Shown: piece after piece, positions 13,975-22,701 of the stretch | Layout of the letters: each line of letters opens with the position of its first letter | Position numbering within the stretch: the stretch's first letter is position 1 | Assembly: GCF_050717515.1 (NCBI RefSeq) | Contig: NZ_JBOITL010000032.1 | Span: forward strand, 1 to 32,000 | Length of the DNA stretch: 32,000 nt | Direction of reading: 5' to 3' | Source: Clostridium sp. | GTDB taxonomy: Bacteria > Bacillota > Clostridia > Clostridiales > Clostridiaceae | Made by a program: the position numbers and the translations under genes | Notes under the pieces: model-generated | Databases searched by the model: none | What the model was told of the DNA's origin: nothing | What the model saw: only the letters and a program-made list of their open reading frames with translations

Positions 13975-15069
13975 ATGAAAAGAAAATTTCTAACAATTTT
14001 AATAGTAGGAGTGATTTGTATATCCATGGTGGCTTGTAATAAGTCTACGGAGGAAAAATCAAAACAAGCTCAAAATAAAACGGAACAAACAGAAACTAAA
14101 AAAGAAGATGCAGGAAAGAAATTTGAAAATTTAGGTATTGAATATAAATTACCAGATAAGTGGAAAGCAAAAGAGAAAAATATAGATTTACTTGGAATTG
14201 ATGGAGGAGAAAATATAATAGGACAGCTTATGTTTAGCTTTACATCTACTGAAACTATGAACAAGATTGAGAAATCAAATGAGGATTCAAAAAAAATCCC
14301 AGAAACAGACAAAGTAAAAATGGAGAAATTTCAAACAGAATTTATGAATTTATTAAAAGAGAGTAAAGAATTATGTACTATTGTAACTATAGATAAAAGT
14401 AAAACCGCAGGCAAAGCGCAAAAAGAATTGTTCGCCAAGTTTAAAAATAAGGATTTATTAGGTAAAGAAGGTAACTTTGAAATTTACTTATTACATAATG
14501 ATGTACCTGAGGAAAGTGGATTATCGGATAAATCTAAAAAAGATTTTAAAGAAGTATATGGAGAAATTAAAAATTTTAAAAGTTTGATTAAAACATCTAA
14601 ACCAGTATCAGAAAAAGAAAAATTAAACAAATATAAGAAGTTTGAGTTTAAAACTAAAACTTTAGATGGAAAAGAAATAGATAGTAGTATTTTTAAAGAT
14701 AGTAAGCTTACTATGATAAATATATGGGCTACATATTGTGGACCATGTATAGAAGAAATGCCAGATCTTCAAAAGCTTTACGAAGAAGTTAAGGGGGAGA
14801 AGATTAATGTGATTGGTCTTGTTTCAGACACACCTGACGCGGATAATGAAGAATTAGCTAAACAAATTTTACAAAAAAAAGGTGCCAAGTTTACTAATAT
14901 TATTCCAGATGAAAGCATTAAAAATAATATATTGAAAGATGTTTCAGGGGTTCCTACTACATTATTTGTTGACAGTAAAGGTAATATTGTTGGAGACTTT
15001 ATAGTTGGTTCACATAGTAAAGAAGACTATAAGAAAGAAATAGAAGCTAGGCTTAAAAGTATAAAATAG
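13975..15069 (+). CDS. Lipoprotein with C-terminal TlpA/ResA-like thioredoxin domain and a long N-terminal domain of unknown function
   Basis: Start ATG 13975 lies 6 nt after AAAGGAGAA. Signal peptide with lipobox (ISMVAC). About 230 K/E-rich residues with no family I recognise, then INIWATYCGPCIEEMPDL (CGPC active site) and GVPTTLFVD (cis-Pro loop). Confidence 0.75.
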   Translation: MKRKFLTILIVGVICISMVACNKSTEEKSKQAQNKTEQTETKKEDAGKKFENLGIEYKLPDKWKAKEKNIDLLGIDGGENIIGQLMFSFTSTETMNKIEKSNEDSKKIPETDKVKMEKFQTEFMNLLKESKELCTIVTIDKSKTAGKAQKELFAKFKNKDLLGKEGNFEIYLLHNDVPEESGLSDKSKKDFKEVYGEIKNFKSLIKTSKPVSEKEKLNKYKKFEFKTKTLDGKEIDSSIFKDSKLTMINIWATYCGPCIEEMPDLQKLYEEVKGEKINVIGLVSDTPDADNEELAKQILQKKGAKFTNIIPDESIKNNILKDVSGVPTTLFVDSKGNIVGDFIVGSHSKEDYKKEIEARLKSIK

Positions 15070-15190
15070 AAGTGTAAATGAATTATAGTTCAGAAGTAAA
15101 CTACCTCACCTTATATTAGGTGGGGTATATATCATAATTGGGGTTATTAATTTTAAGAGTAAAAATTTTATTATAAGCTAATTATAGGAA

Positions 15191-15376
15191 ATGAAAAAAA
15201 GATGGGATGTGAATTTTATGAATACAAATAGGCTTACTAAAAGCCAAGGATTAATGAAATATGGGATTCTAACAATGAGTATTTTATTTATTTCTACTGG
15301 AATATACAGAAATGAAGTAAGAATTGTATTCAGAAAAGCAATAAATATATGTTTGGAGTGTATAGGCATTGGATAA
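15191..15376 (+). CDS. Small membrane protein with C-terminal CXXC (CD1871A-family-like); start uncertain
   Basis: One TM helix (YGILTMSILFISTGIY) and a C-terminal INICLECIGIG. Alternative starts are M10 and M22. Its stop overlaps the TTG start of the next gene by 8 nt. Confidence 0.55.
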   Translation: MKKRWDVNFMNTNRLTKSQGLMKYGILTMSILFISTGIYRNEVRIVFRKAINICLECIGIG

Positions 15377-16199
15377 AAGAAGAATAACGCAAATTGTTGC
15401 AGCTATAACCACAAATGCAAATGTAAATGGGTTTTTAAAAGGTAATATATATAAAGGCGCCACAAAGAAAGTGTGTGTTCCAGGCTTAAACTGTTACTCT
15501 TGTCCTGGAGCAGTAGGTTCCTGCCCTATAGGTTCACTGCAGGCGGTTATAGGAACTGTAAAATATAATGTTTCATTATATATACTTGGAATCATGTCTT
15601 TATTTGGTGTTATATTTGGTAGATTTGTATGTGGATGGTTATGTCCTTTTGGTCTTATTCAAGATTTATTATATAAAATACCTTCTAAAAAGATAAAAGT
15701 AAATATAAAAGTCAATAATATACTTAAGTATTTAAAATATATTATATTGGCATTATTTGTTATAATATTACCCATGTTTTTAGTAAATGAATTTGGAATA
15801 AGTCCTCCATATTTTTGTGAATACATATGTCCGGCGGGCACACTAGAAGGTGGCATACCATTAGTTTTAATGAATGTATCACTAAGGAGAGCTCTAGGAT
15901 ACTTATTTGTATGGAAGATGTTTGTACTAATTAGCATTATTATTGCTTCAATATTTATATATAGACCATTTTGTAGGTATATATGTCCCTTAGGAGCATT
16001 TTACTCCTTATTTAATAAAGTGAGTTTTTACAAATATGAAGTAGATAAAAACAAGTGTACAAACTGTAGTGCTTGTGTTAGAAAATGTAAGATGAATATA
16101 GAAATATATAAAAATCCTAACAGTGCTGAGTGTATTAGGTGTGGTGAGTGTGTAACAGCTTGCCCTACAAAGGCTATAAAAAAAGGATTTAGGCGTTAA
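15369..16199 (+). CDS. NapH/NosR-like polytopic 4Fe-4S-binding membrane protein
   Basis: Membrane-proximal Cys motifs CYSCPGAVGSCP, CGWLCPFG, CEYICPAG and CRYICPLG. A C-terminal 2x[4Fe-4S] ferredoxin domain (CTNCSACVRKC ... CIRCGECVTACP). About 5 TM helices. Confidence 0.8.
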   Translation: MDKRRITQIVAAITTNANVNGFLKGNIYKGATKKVCVPGLNCYSCPGAVGSCPIGSLQAVIGTVKYNVSLYILGIMSLFGVIFGRFVCGWLCPFGLIQDLLYKIPSKKIKVNIKVNNILKYLKYIILALFVIILPMFLVNEFGISPPYFCEYICPAGTLEGGIPLVLMNVSLRRALGYLFVWKMFVLISIIIASIFIYRPFCRYICPLGAFYSLFNKVSFYKYEVDKNKCTNCSACVRKCKMNIEIYKNPNSAECIRCGECVTACPTKAIKKGFRR

Positions 16200-16214
16200 C
16201 AGCACTTTTTCTTA

Positions 16215-16242
16215 AACTTGCCACTTGCCACGTGGGTGGCAC
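16215..16242. repeat. 28-bp GC-rich element, copy b (inverted relative to copy a); possibly doubles as a terminator
   Basis: AACTTGCCACTTGCCACGTGGGTGGCAC starts 16 nt after the 4Fe-4S gene stop and is followed by TTTT. Confidence 0.9.
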
Positions 16243-16245
16243 TTT

Positions 16246-16306
16246 TAAGGTTTGTTTAAGGTTAATGTTATCAAGAGGTAAGGTTAACCTTATATAATGT
16301 ATTTAT
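16246..16306 (+). promoter_or_regulatory. TAAGGTT-box promoter, copy b (upstream of the ABC-2 transporter operon)
   Basis: Same 61-nt block as 13869-13929. TATAAT at 16293-16298. Confidence 0.65.
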
Positions 16307-16344
16307 AGCAAGATATACCGAAGAAGAATACAAGGAGGAACAAA

Positions 16345-17364
16345 ATGATATATTGGGAACTTAAAAAAATATTCAAATCAAAAACTGGAATAATTGTAGC
16401 AATAATATTTATTTTACTTTGTGTATCAATGGCTTTTATAAAACCAGAGATGGAAACACAAAAGTCACATAGAAATGAGCAATATCAGTTAATTAATGAT
16501 ACAAGACCAGCCACGGTAATTGCACAAGAAAAATTAGATGCAAAAATAGGAACAATAAAGGAAATGTCAAATAGTAAGGACAAAGATGATTTTAGTAAAG
16601 GTATAAAAGAAATATCAACTAAAAAACTGAAAGCTATGGAAGACACTAAGTATAGTGATGTTAGCTTCTGGAAGGTATTCGATTATAGAGCAACCAATAC
16701 ACTTATGGCATTCTTTATGGTGGTAATTCTAATCATAGTTTGTTGCAATATATACACGGATGAAATTGTGTCTACAGTAGAAAATTTGATTCTTACATCA
16801 AAAAATAAAAATAGAGCTTTATATTCAAAATTAGGACTTGGAATATTAATACCAACAGTTTTATATGGGTTTTATCTAGTAATCCAATTTATAATAACAG
16901 CAGTCCAATATGGCCTGCCAATAAATGGAGGGTTACAAGCCATAAGAATAATAGACAACCCTATTTTAGTAAGAGATGCATATACTATAACTCAATTTAT
17001 AATATTAAAGATAGGCATAATGATATTGATATTAGCTACACTAGGTGTAATTGCATGTTTATCTTCATTTTTAACAACAAGCTCAATTGCAGCTACAAGT
17101 GGATTCTTGATGTTTATTATTATTCCAAAATTGTTAACAATGGTAAAAGTAATTCCAGGTAATGTTCAAATGCTATTAAATAGTATTAATTTTGTAAATT
17201 TACTATTCTATTTTAAACAGTTTGCAGGCGTATATTATGGGAATGTAAAATTCTTTGGGATGAACTTTGACTTAATTAATCTTTGCCTTGGAATATTGGG
17301 AATGACTTTAGTGGCAGGAATTACAATGAGCATAGTATCATTTAAAAAAGTATTAGTAAGATAA
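16345..17364 (+). CDS. ABC-2-type transporter permease with an extracytoplasmic loop of about 75 aa
   Basis: RBS AGGAGG. One N-terminal TM helix, a hydrophilic loop (residues about 35-110), then about 5 TM helices. It lies next to an ABC ATPase gene. Confidence 0.65.
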   Translation: MIYWELKKIFKSKTGIIVAIIFILLCVSMAFIKPEMETQKSHRNEQYQLINDTRPATVIAQEKLDAKIGTIKEMSNSKDKDDFSKGIKEISTKKLKAMEDTKYSDVSFWKVFDYRATNTLMAFFMVVILIIVCCNIYTDEIVSTVENLILTSKNKNRALYSKLGLGILIPTVLYGFYLVIQFIITAVQYGLPINGGLQAIRIIDNPILVRDAYTITQFIILKIGIMILILATLGVIACLSSFLTTSSIAATSGFLMFIIIPKLLTMVKVIPGNVQMLLNSINFVNLLFYFKQFAGVYYGNVKFFGMNFDLINLCLGILGMTLVAGITMSIVSFKKVLVR

Positions 17365-17399
17365 TTAATAGATTTTAAAATTAGAGGAGGAATATAATT

Positions 17400-18287
17400 A
17401 TGAATAAGCTTGAGATAAAAAATTTAACAAAAAGCTATGGAAAAAAGAATGCAAACAATAATATAACACTTACTTTAGAAAATGGTGTATACGGACTACT
17501 AGGACCAAACGGAGCGGGTAAAACTACATTAATGAAACAAATAGTAACTTTAACAAAGCCTACTAGTGGAAAAATTATTTATAATGGAAAAAGTATTTAT
17601 GAAAAAGAAGATGAGTATAGAAATATTATTGGATATTTACCACAAGAATTTGGTGCATATAAGAATTTTACAGCAAAACAATTTTTGCAATATGTGGCTG
17701 CATTAAAAGGAATAGACAAAAAAAGTGCTTCCCAAAAAATTGATGAATTACTAAACCTTGTTGGATTATATGAGGTTAAAAATAAGGCAGTTGGTAAATT
17801 CTCCGGTGGTATGAAAAGAAGAGTTGGAATTGCACAAGTATTATTAAATGATCCTAAAATAGTTGTACTAGATGAACCAACAGCGGGCTTAGATCCCCAA
17901 GAAAGAGCAAGGTTTAGAAATCTTATCGCTGAAATATCAAAGGATAAAATAATAATACTTTCAACTCATATTATTTCAGATATAGAAGCAGTAGCAAGAG
18001 AAACTATAATGATTAAAAATGGCAGCGTTATAATAAAAGGAAATCATAAAGATATATTAAATGGCATGAAGGGAAAAGTATATAAGATTACAACAAATAA
18101 AGAAAATGAAGTTATGGATATACAAAGAGATTATAAGGTAGTTAACCTTCAAAGGGGTGCGGATATTACAGAGCTTAGAGTAGTAAGTGATAAAATGCCT
18201 CTATATGCATCAGCGCAGAGCATAGAACCAAGATTCGAAGATGTATATATGTTTTACTTTGATTTAGAAAATACTAAGGAGGTGTAA
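17400..18287 (+). CDS. ABC transporter ATP-binding protein (ABC-2/BcrA-like subfamily with C-terminal extension)
   Basis: Walker A GPNGAGKTT, Q-loop, signature FSGGMKRRVGIA, Walker B VVLDEPTAGLD and H-loop STHI. Confidence 0.9.
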   Translation: MNKLEIKNLTKSYGKKNANNNITLTLENGVYGLLGPNGAGKTTLMKQIVTLTKPTSGKIIYNGKSIYEKEDEYRNIIGYLPQEFGAYKNFTAKQFLQYVAALKGIDKKSASQKIDELLNLVGLYEVKNKAVGKFSGGMKRRVGIAQVLLNDPKIVVLDEPTAGLDPQERARFRNLIAEISKDKIIILSTHIISDIEAVARETIMIKNGSVIIKGNHKDILNGMKGKVYKITTNKENEVMDIQRDYKVVNLQRGADITELRVVSDKMPLYASAQSIEPRFEDVYMFYFDLENTKEV

Positions 18288-18290
18288 CTT

Positions 18291-19055
18291 ATGGGAATTC
18301 TTATAAAATCAGAAATAAGAAAAATGTTATTAAAACCTAGCATAATAATAACTTGGATTGTTTTACTTTTATTTTGTAAAATTTTAATTAGGCCAGGTAC
18401 AGGTGCAGAGGTTTGGGCAGATGTATTTAGTAAAACTTATGGAATCGTACCACTTATAGGATTAATAACCTTTATGATAATTTCAGCTACATATACACTT
18501 GAATATAGCTCTAATATGAATGAACTTATCAATACGACCCAAAATGGAAAGAAAAAAGTTGTAATGGCGAAATGGATTGGTGCAGGCATATCAACGTCAA
18601 TAGTTAATGTATCAATAGTACTTATAATATATATAGATGGATTAATAAAATCTAATTTTAAAGGGTTAGACTTACCATTAAAAGATCTTTGGTATTTTGG
18701 AAATAGTGGTTCAAACATAACTGTATTGCAAATGATGATTATACTTATAATAACTGTTATAATAGGTTCATTCTTTTTCTCAGAACTCGGACTATATCTA
18801 TCATCGATAAGTAAATCAGCTTCTATACCTTTTATTTTTGGGGGTCTACTTATGGGAGTGCCATATATGCTAGGCGGTTTTGTACCTTCAAAATATTTTG
18901 GGGTAACTCCACTTTGGGGAATGATGTCATCAGAATTAATAAGATACAAGGTTCCAATGGCATTAATTATAGTTCAAATAGTAATAGTTATTGCTGGCTT
19001 TGTATTTTTACCAAAGGTTACCCACAAAGCATTTATAAAAGAAGGAAAAAGATAA
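18291..19055 (+). CDS. Second ABC-2-type permease
   Basis: Six predicted TM segments. It starts 4 nt after the ATPase stop, behind GGAGG. Confidence 0.6.
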   Translation: MGILIKSEIRKMLLKPSIIITWIVLLLFCKILIRPGTGAEVWADVFSKTYGIVPLIGLITFMIISATYTLEYSSNMNELINTTQNGKKKVVMAKWIGAGISTSIVNVSIVLIIYIDGLIKSNFKGLDLPLKDLWYFGNSGSNITVLQMMIILIITVIIGSFFFSELGLYLSSISKSASIPFIFGGLLMGVPYMLGGFVPSKYFGVTPLWGMMSSELIRYKVPMALIIVQIVIVIAGFVFLPKVTHKAFIKEGKR

Positions 19056-19102
19056 TCAGTTAGTTTTTATGGTATTATATAGTTAGAAACTTAAAGACAT
19101 TT

Positions 19103-19139
19103 CAAAAGACTAAACAATTAATAATTGTCTAGTCTTTTG
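19103..19139 (+). terminator. Long hairpin after the ABC operon (17-bp stem, one mismatch); probable terminator or attenuator
   Basis: CAAAAGACTAAACAATT-AAT-AATTGTCTAGTCTTTTG. The T-run is confined to the stem end. Confidence 0.5.
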
Positions 19140-19193
19140 AAGTATTTAAGACAAGATCTTTATGTGATGATTTAATTTTAAGGGGTGATAATT

Positions 19194-19913
19194 ATGGAGA
19201 ATTCAATTAATAAAAGCAAAATACTAATAGTTGATGATGAAGAGGACATATTAAAACTTTTATCTACTGTACTTAAAAAAGAGGGTTTTGAAAATATATA
19301 TACTGCAATAGCGGCAAAAGAAGCAATAGATTTAGTATCGCGGTTAGACCCAGATATTATTCTCTTGGATATAATGATGCCAGGTAGAGATGGGTATGAA
19401 GTATGCAAAGAGATAAGAAAGACTTCTAGAACCCCAATTTTATTTATGTCGGCTAAGACGGAAGAGCTAGATAGGATTTTGGGTTTTGCTTTAGGGGCTG
19501 ATGATTATATTACAAAGCCTTTCAGTCCAAAAGAGGTTGCCTATAGAGTAAAGGCTCATTTAAGAAGAAATAATTATATTGATGAAGATAAAACCGAAAA
19601 AGACAAAATCATAGTTTTTGGACCTTTTGAATTAAATGAGGAAAAGATAGAGTTTAAAAAGAATGGTGAGCCAATACAGTTAAAAGCAAAAGAATTTAAG
19701 ATGTTAGCTTATATGTTGAAAAACCCAAACCAAATCCTCAGCAAGGAAAAAATCTGCAGTGGAGTTTGGGGAGAAGATTATATAGGCTTTGACAATACAA
19801 TTATGGTTCACATAAGAAGACTCCGAGAGAAAATAGAGGATAATCCTTCATTGCCCAAATATATAGTTAATATTAAAGGTCTAGGATACAAATTTGTTGT
19901 AAAGGATGAATAG
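19194..19913 (+). CDS. OmpR-family response regulator (second system)
   Basis: The preferred start is ATG 19194, after AAGGGG. Receiver motifs (VDDEE, LLDIMMP, SAKT, DDYITKPF) and a winged helix with FDNTIMVHIRRLREKI...IKGLGYKF. Confidence 0.88.
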   Translation: MENSINKSKILIVDDEEDILKLLSTVLKKEGFENIYTAIAAKEAIDLVSRLDPDIILLDIMMPGRDGYEVCKEIRKTSRTPILFMSAKTEELDRILGFALGADDYITKPFSPKEVAYRVKAHLRRNNYIDEDKTEKDKIIVFGPFELNEEKIEFKKNGEPIQLKAKEFKMLAYMLKNPNQILSKEKICSGVWGEDYIGFDNTIMVHIRRLREKIEDNPSLPKYIVNIKGLGYKFVVKDE

Positions 19914-19915
19914 AG

Positions 19916-21331
19916 ATGAAATGGAAATTAATAGCTAGATTCATGTGGACTGTGGTTTCTGTAGTTATAATTGTAATGATTATAAATATTATTGCAGTGT
20001 TTTCTTTTATTATTTATAATAATACGACAAAAAGCGCCTTAATAGAGAAAAAATTAGAAGATGTAGGGATAGAAAATTATACTAGAGATTTTAGTAAATA
20101 TATTATGATTAGTAAAGAAGCTGTGGATATAGACAAGGATGGTAAATCAAGTTTGGACAATAACAATATTTGGATACAAATATTAGATGAGCAAAGTAAA
20201 GAAGTATATAGTTATAGAAAACCAAAGGGCGCAAAAGAGAGCTATACTCCTTTTGAATTGATTAATCAATATAAATATGTGGATGTAAAAACAGGAGCTA
20301 CTACTTTTATAGGTGAAAAACAGATAAAAGGACGCAAATACAGCTATATAATAGGACTACCACTTGCCAAGGTGCAGAGGGAAGTAATTACTATTAACTA
20401 CGATAATTTTATAGGGATTATTGGTAAATTTATTTATAGCATCTTAATATTAGATGCGCTTATTGCATTGTTTTTTGCATACTTTTTCTCAAGAAGGCTT
20501 ACTAGACCTTTAAGTAATATAATAAATGGGGTTCTAGTATTATCTGATGGAAATTATAATTTAGAATTATCCGAAAAGGGTATATACACTGTGGTCTATC
20601 GAAACCTAAACAACCTTTCATCAACTCTTAAGAGCAATGAAATAGAAAGAAAAAAACTTGATAAGATGAGGGAAGAATGGATTTCAAATATGTCACATGA
20701 TATTAAGACACCTCTGGTATCTATAAAAGGATATGCGGAACTCTTAAGCAGCGATGACTATGATTTATCAAAAGAAGAGGTAAAACAGTATTCAAAAATA
20801 ATAGACAGTAAGGCCAACTATATAAAAGAGCTTGTAGATGATTTGAATTTAACAACAAGATTAAAAAATAAAGTATTGAAGTTAAACAAGAAAAAAGTAA
20901 ATATGGTTAGCTTGGTACGAAATGCTGTAATTGACATACTAAACGACCCGAGTAACGCTGAGGTAGATATTGATTTCATTTGTGAAAGTGAAGATATAGA
21001 AGCTTTTGTGGATGCTAGTCTTATAATGAGGACTATGAAAAATTTAATATATAATGCAATAGTTCATAATGAAGAGGGGGTAAATATAAAAGTATCCGTT
21101 GAAAAGAAGGATAACTTGAAAATTGTTATAAGTGATAACGGAAAAGGAATAAGACCGGAAGAGCTAAACCATATATTCGAAAGATATTATAGGGGTACAA
21201 ATACCGGGAAGGGACATGAAGGTTCAGGGCTTGGAATGGCTATTGCAAATGATATAGTAAAAGCACATGATGGCGAAATTAAGATACTAAGTGAGCTTGG
21301 ACGCGGTACTGAAATAGAAATCTATTTATAA
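19916..21331 (+). CDS. Sensor histidine kinase with an extracytoplasmic domain of about 130 aa (second system)
   Basis: Two TM helices flank residues about 35-165, followed by a HAMP domain. H-box NMSHDIKTPLVSIKGY, N-box NLIYNAIVHN, and G-boxes DNGKGI and GSGLGMAI. Confidence 0.88.
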   Translation: MKWKLIARFMWTVVSVVIIVMIINIIAVFSFIIYNNTTKSALIEKKLEDVGIENYTRDFSKYIMISKEAVDIDKDGKSSLDNNNIWIQILDEQSKEVYSYRKPKGAKESYTPFELINQYKYVDVKTGATTFIGEKQIKGRKYSYIIGLPLAKVQREVITINYDNFIGIIGKFIYSILILDALIALFFAYFFSRRLTRPLSNIINGVLVLSDGNYNLELSEKGIYTVVYRNLNNLSSTLKSNEIERKKLDKMREEWISNMSHDIKTPLVSIKGYAELLSSDDYDLSKEEVKQYSKIIDSKANYIKELVDDLNLTTRLKNKVLKLNKKKVNMVSLVRNAVIDILNDPSNAEVDIDFICESEDIEAFVDASLIMRTMKNLIYNAIVHNEEGVNIKVSVEKKDNLKIVISDNGKGIRPEELNHIFERYYRGTNTGKGHEGSGLGMAIANDIVKAHDGEIKILSELGRGTEIEIYL

Positions 21332-21383
21332 ACAAGTATTTTATTTAAAGTTTTTTAAAGCATAATAAAAATGGGGGTTTACG

Positions 21384-21746
21384 ATGAATTTTATAGGTAA
21401 TATTATTTGGTTATTATTTGGCGGGATTTTTTCAGCTATTGCATGGTCTTTAGCAGGGTTAATTTTGTGTGTCACAATTATTGGAATACCCTTTGGTATT
21501 CAATGTTTTAAGATTTCAGCATTTGTATTATGGCCTTTTGGAAAAGAAATAGAGCTTGGTAATTTTGGGGTTGGAGGATTGGTTTTCAATGTCATTTGGA
21601 TAATTTTTTTAGGCTGGGAGCTTGCCATAGGGCACCTTATTACAGGTGCAATTTTTTGCATAACAATTATAGGCATACCATTTGGACTTCAGCATTTTAA
21701 ATTTGCTAAACTTGGGATCATACCATTTGGAGCAAAAATACAATAG
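21384..21746 (+). CDS. yccF: YccF-family (DUF307) inner-membrane protein
   Basis: Duplicated motif TIIGIPFG.Q.FK in a 120-aa four-TM protein, which is diagnostic of YccF/DUF307. Confidence 0.75.
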   Translation: MNFIGNIIWLLFGGIFSAIAWSLAGLILCVTIIGIPFGIQCFKISAFVLWPFGKEIELGNFGVGGLVFNVIWIIFLGWELAIGHLITGAIFCITIIGIPFGLQHFKFAKLGIIPFGAKIQ

Positions 21747-21896
21747 ATATAAATCAACGCTCTATTATTAATAGAAAATTTAAGACTTATTAATTAGTGG
21801 GGGCTTTCTATATAAAAGTTGATATCTAGCCTGAAAGCCCTCAGTATTTGTAAGATATGTTAGATTGAGAATTTCTTAATAAGCCACTCAGTACCT

Positions 21897-22523
21897 TTAT
21901 AGTTCAAAAGTATTCTCTATAACACCTGGTAATACACTATATATTGACCTTCCCAACTTCTCTTCAAAATATTGTTTATTTTCAAAAGTTATTTTCCATT
22001 TATTAATAATATGCTCATGTATCCCATGCCTTAGTGCTACATCAACCATTCTCTTTTCTATTAAGCAAAATCCATTTGGTAATGCTAGTGCATCACATAA
22101 TTGTATTAACCTATCATAATCATCATATTCTGCTGACTCAATGTAATTTTTAATAAAGTTATATTCTTCATTACTACAATAATCCCATTTTCCAAAACAA
22201 GTTCTTATATCTTGGCACTCAAATGAATGAGTTAAGCAAACCTTTGCTAGCTTATAATACCCCTTTTCCATAGCGAAATTATAACCATGTAAAATATGCT
22301 TCATATAGGAAACCCCAAATCTTACACCGATATCATGTAGCATTCCTAATACTAATGCAACATCTGGATTTAACCCTTTACAATTCTTTGCTATCAATTC
22401 TGCTGCTCTTCCTGCATTAATTGAATGTTCAATCCAAGGACCAGGATTTAATTTTTGTCCTTCTAGTAATAACAATTTTGCCTCCTCTATAGTTGGCACA
22501 CCTTGTTCCAAATAATTTTTCAT
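21897..22523 (-). CDS. HD-domain metal-dependent phosphohydrolase
   Basis: 208-aa ORF with H...HD (GMLHDIG) and a downstream His/Asp pattern. The subfamily is not assignable by eye. Confidence 0.6.
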   Translation of the reverse strand: MKNYLEQGVPTIEEAKLLLLEGQKLNPGPWIEHSINAGRAAELIAKNCKGLNPDVALVLGMLHDIGVRFGVSYMKHILHGYNFAMEKGYYKLAKVCLTHSFECQDIRTCFGKWDYCSNEEYNFIKNYIESAEYDDYDRLIQLCDALALPNGFCLIEKRMVDVALRHGIHEHIINKWKITFENKQYFEEKLGRSIYSVLPGVIENTFEL

Positions 22524-22701
22524 ACTTGTGCATCCCCTTTTATTAACGTATTCTAAGTAACTGGCTTAGGAATGGTATCTAACTATAGTCATTCCCAACA
22601 CCAATGTCTGGCTATATATGAAATATAGACGGATTACCGACGGTGGTCTCGTGTATTACCACTATAGATAACACGTCAAAACATCTTATTTAATTTACTT
22701 G

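Noticed and set aside
18437-18949. 170-aa minus-strand ORF antisense to the second ABC-2 permease, with similar antisense ORFs at 11789-12004, 14070-14312, 15659-15937, 16008-16205, 23017-23373, 25093-25347 and 27824-28015
   Set aside because: All lie fully inside well-supported sense genes, lack RBSs and encode Ile/Ser/Phe/Pro-rich low-complexity products. These are characteristic shadow ORFs.
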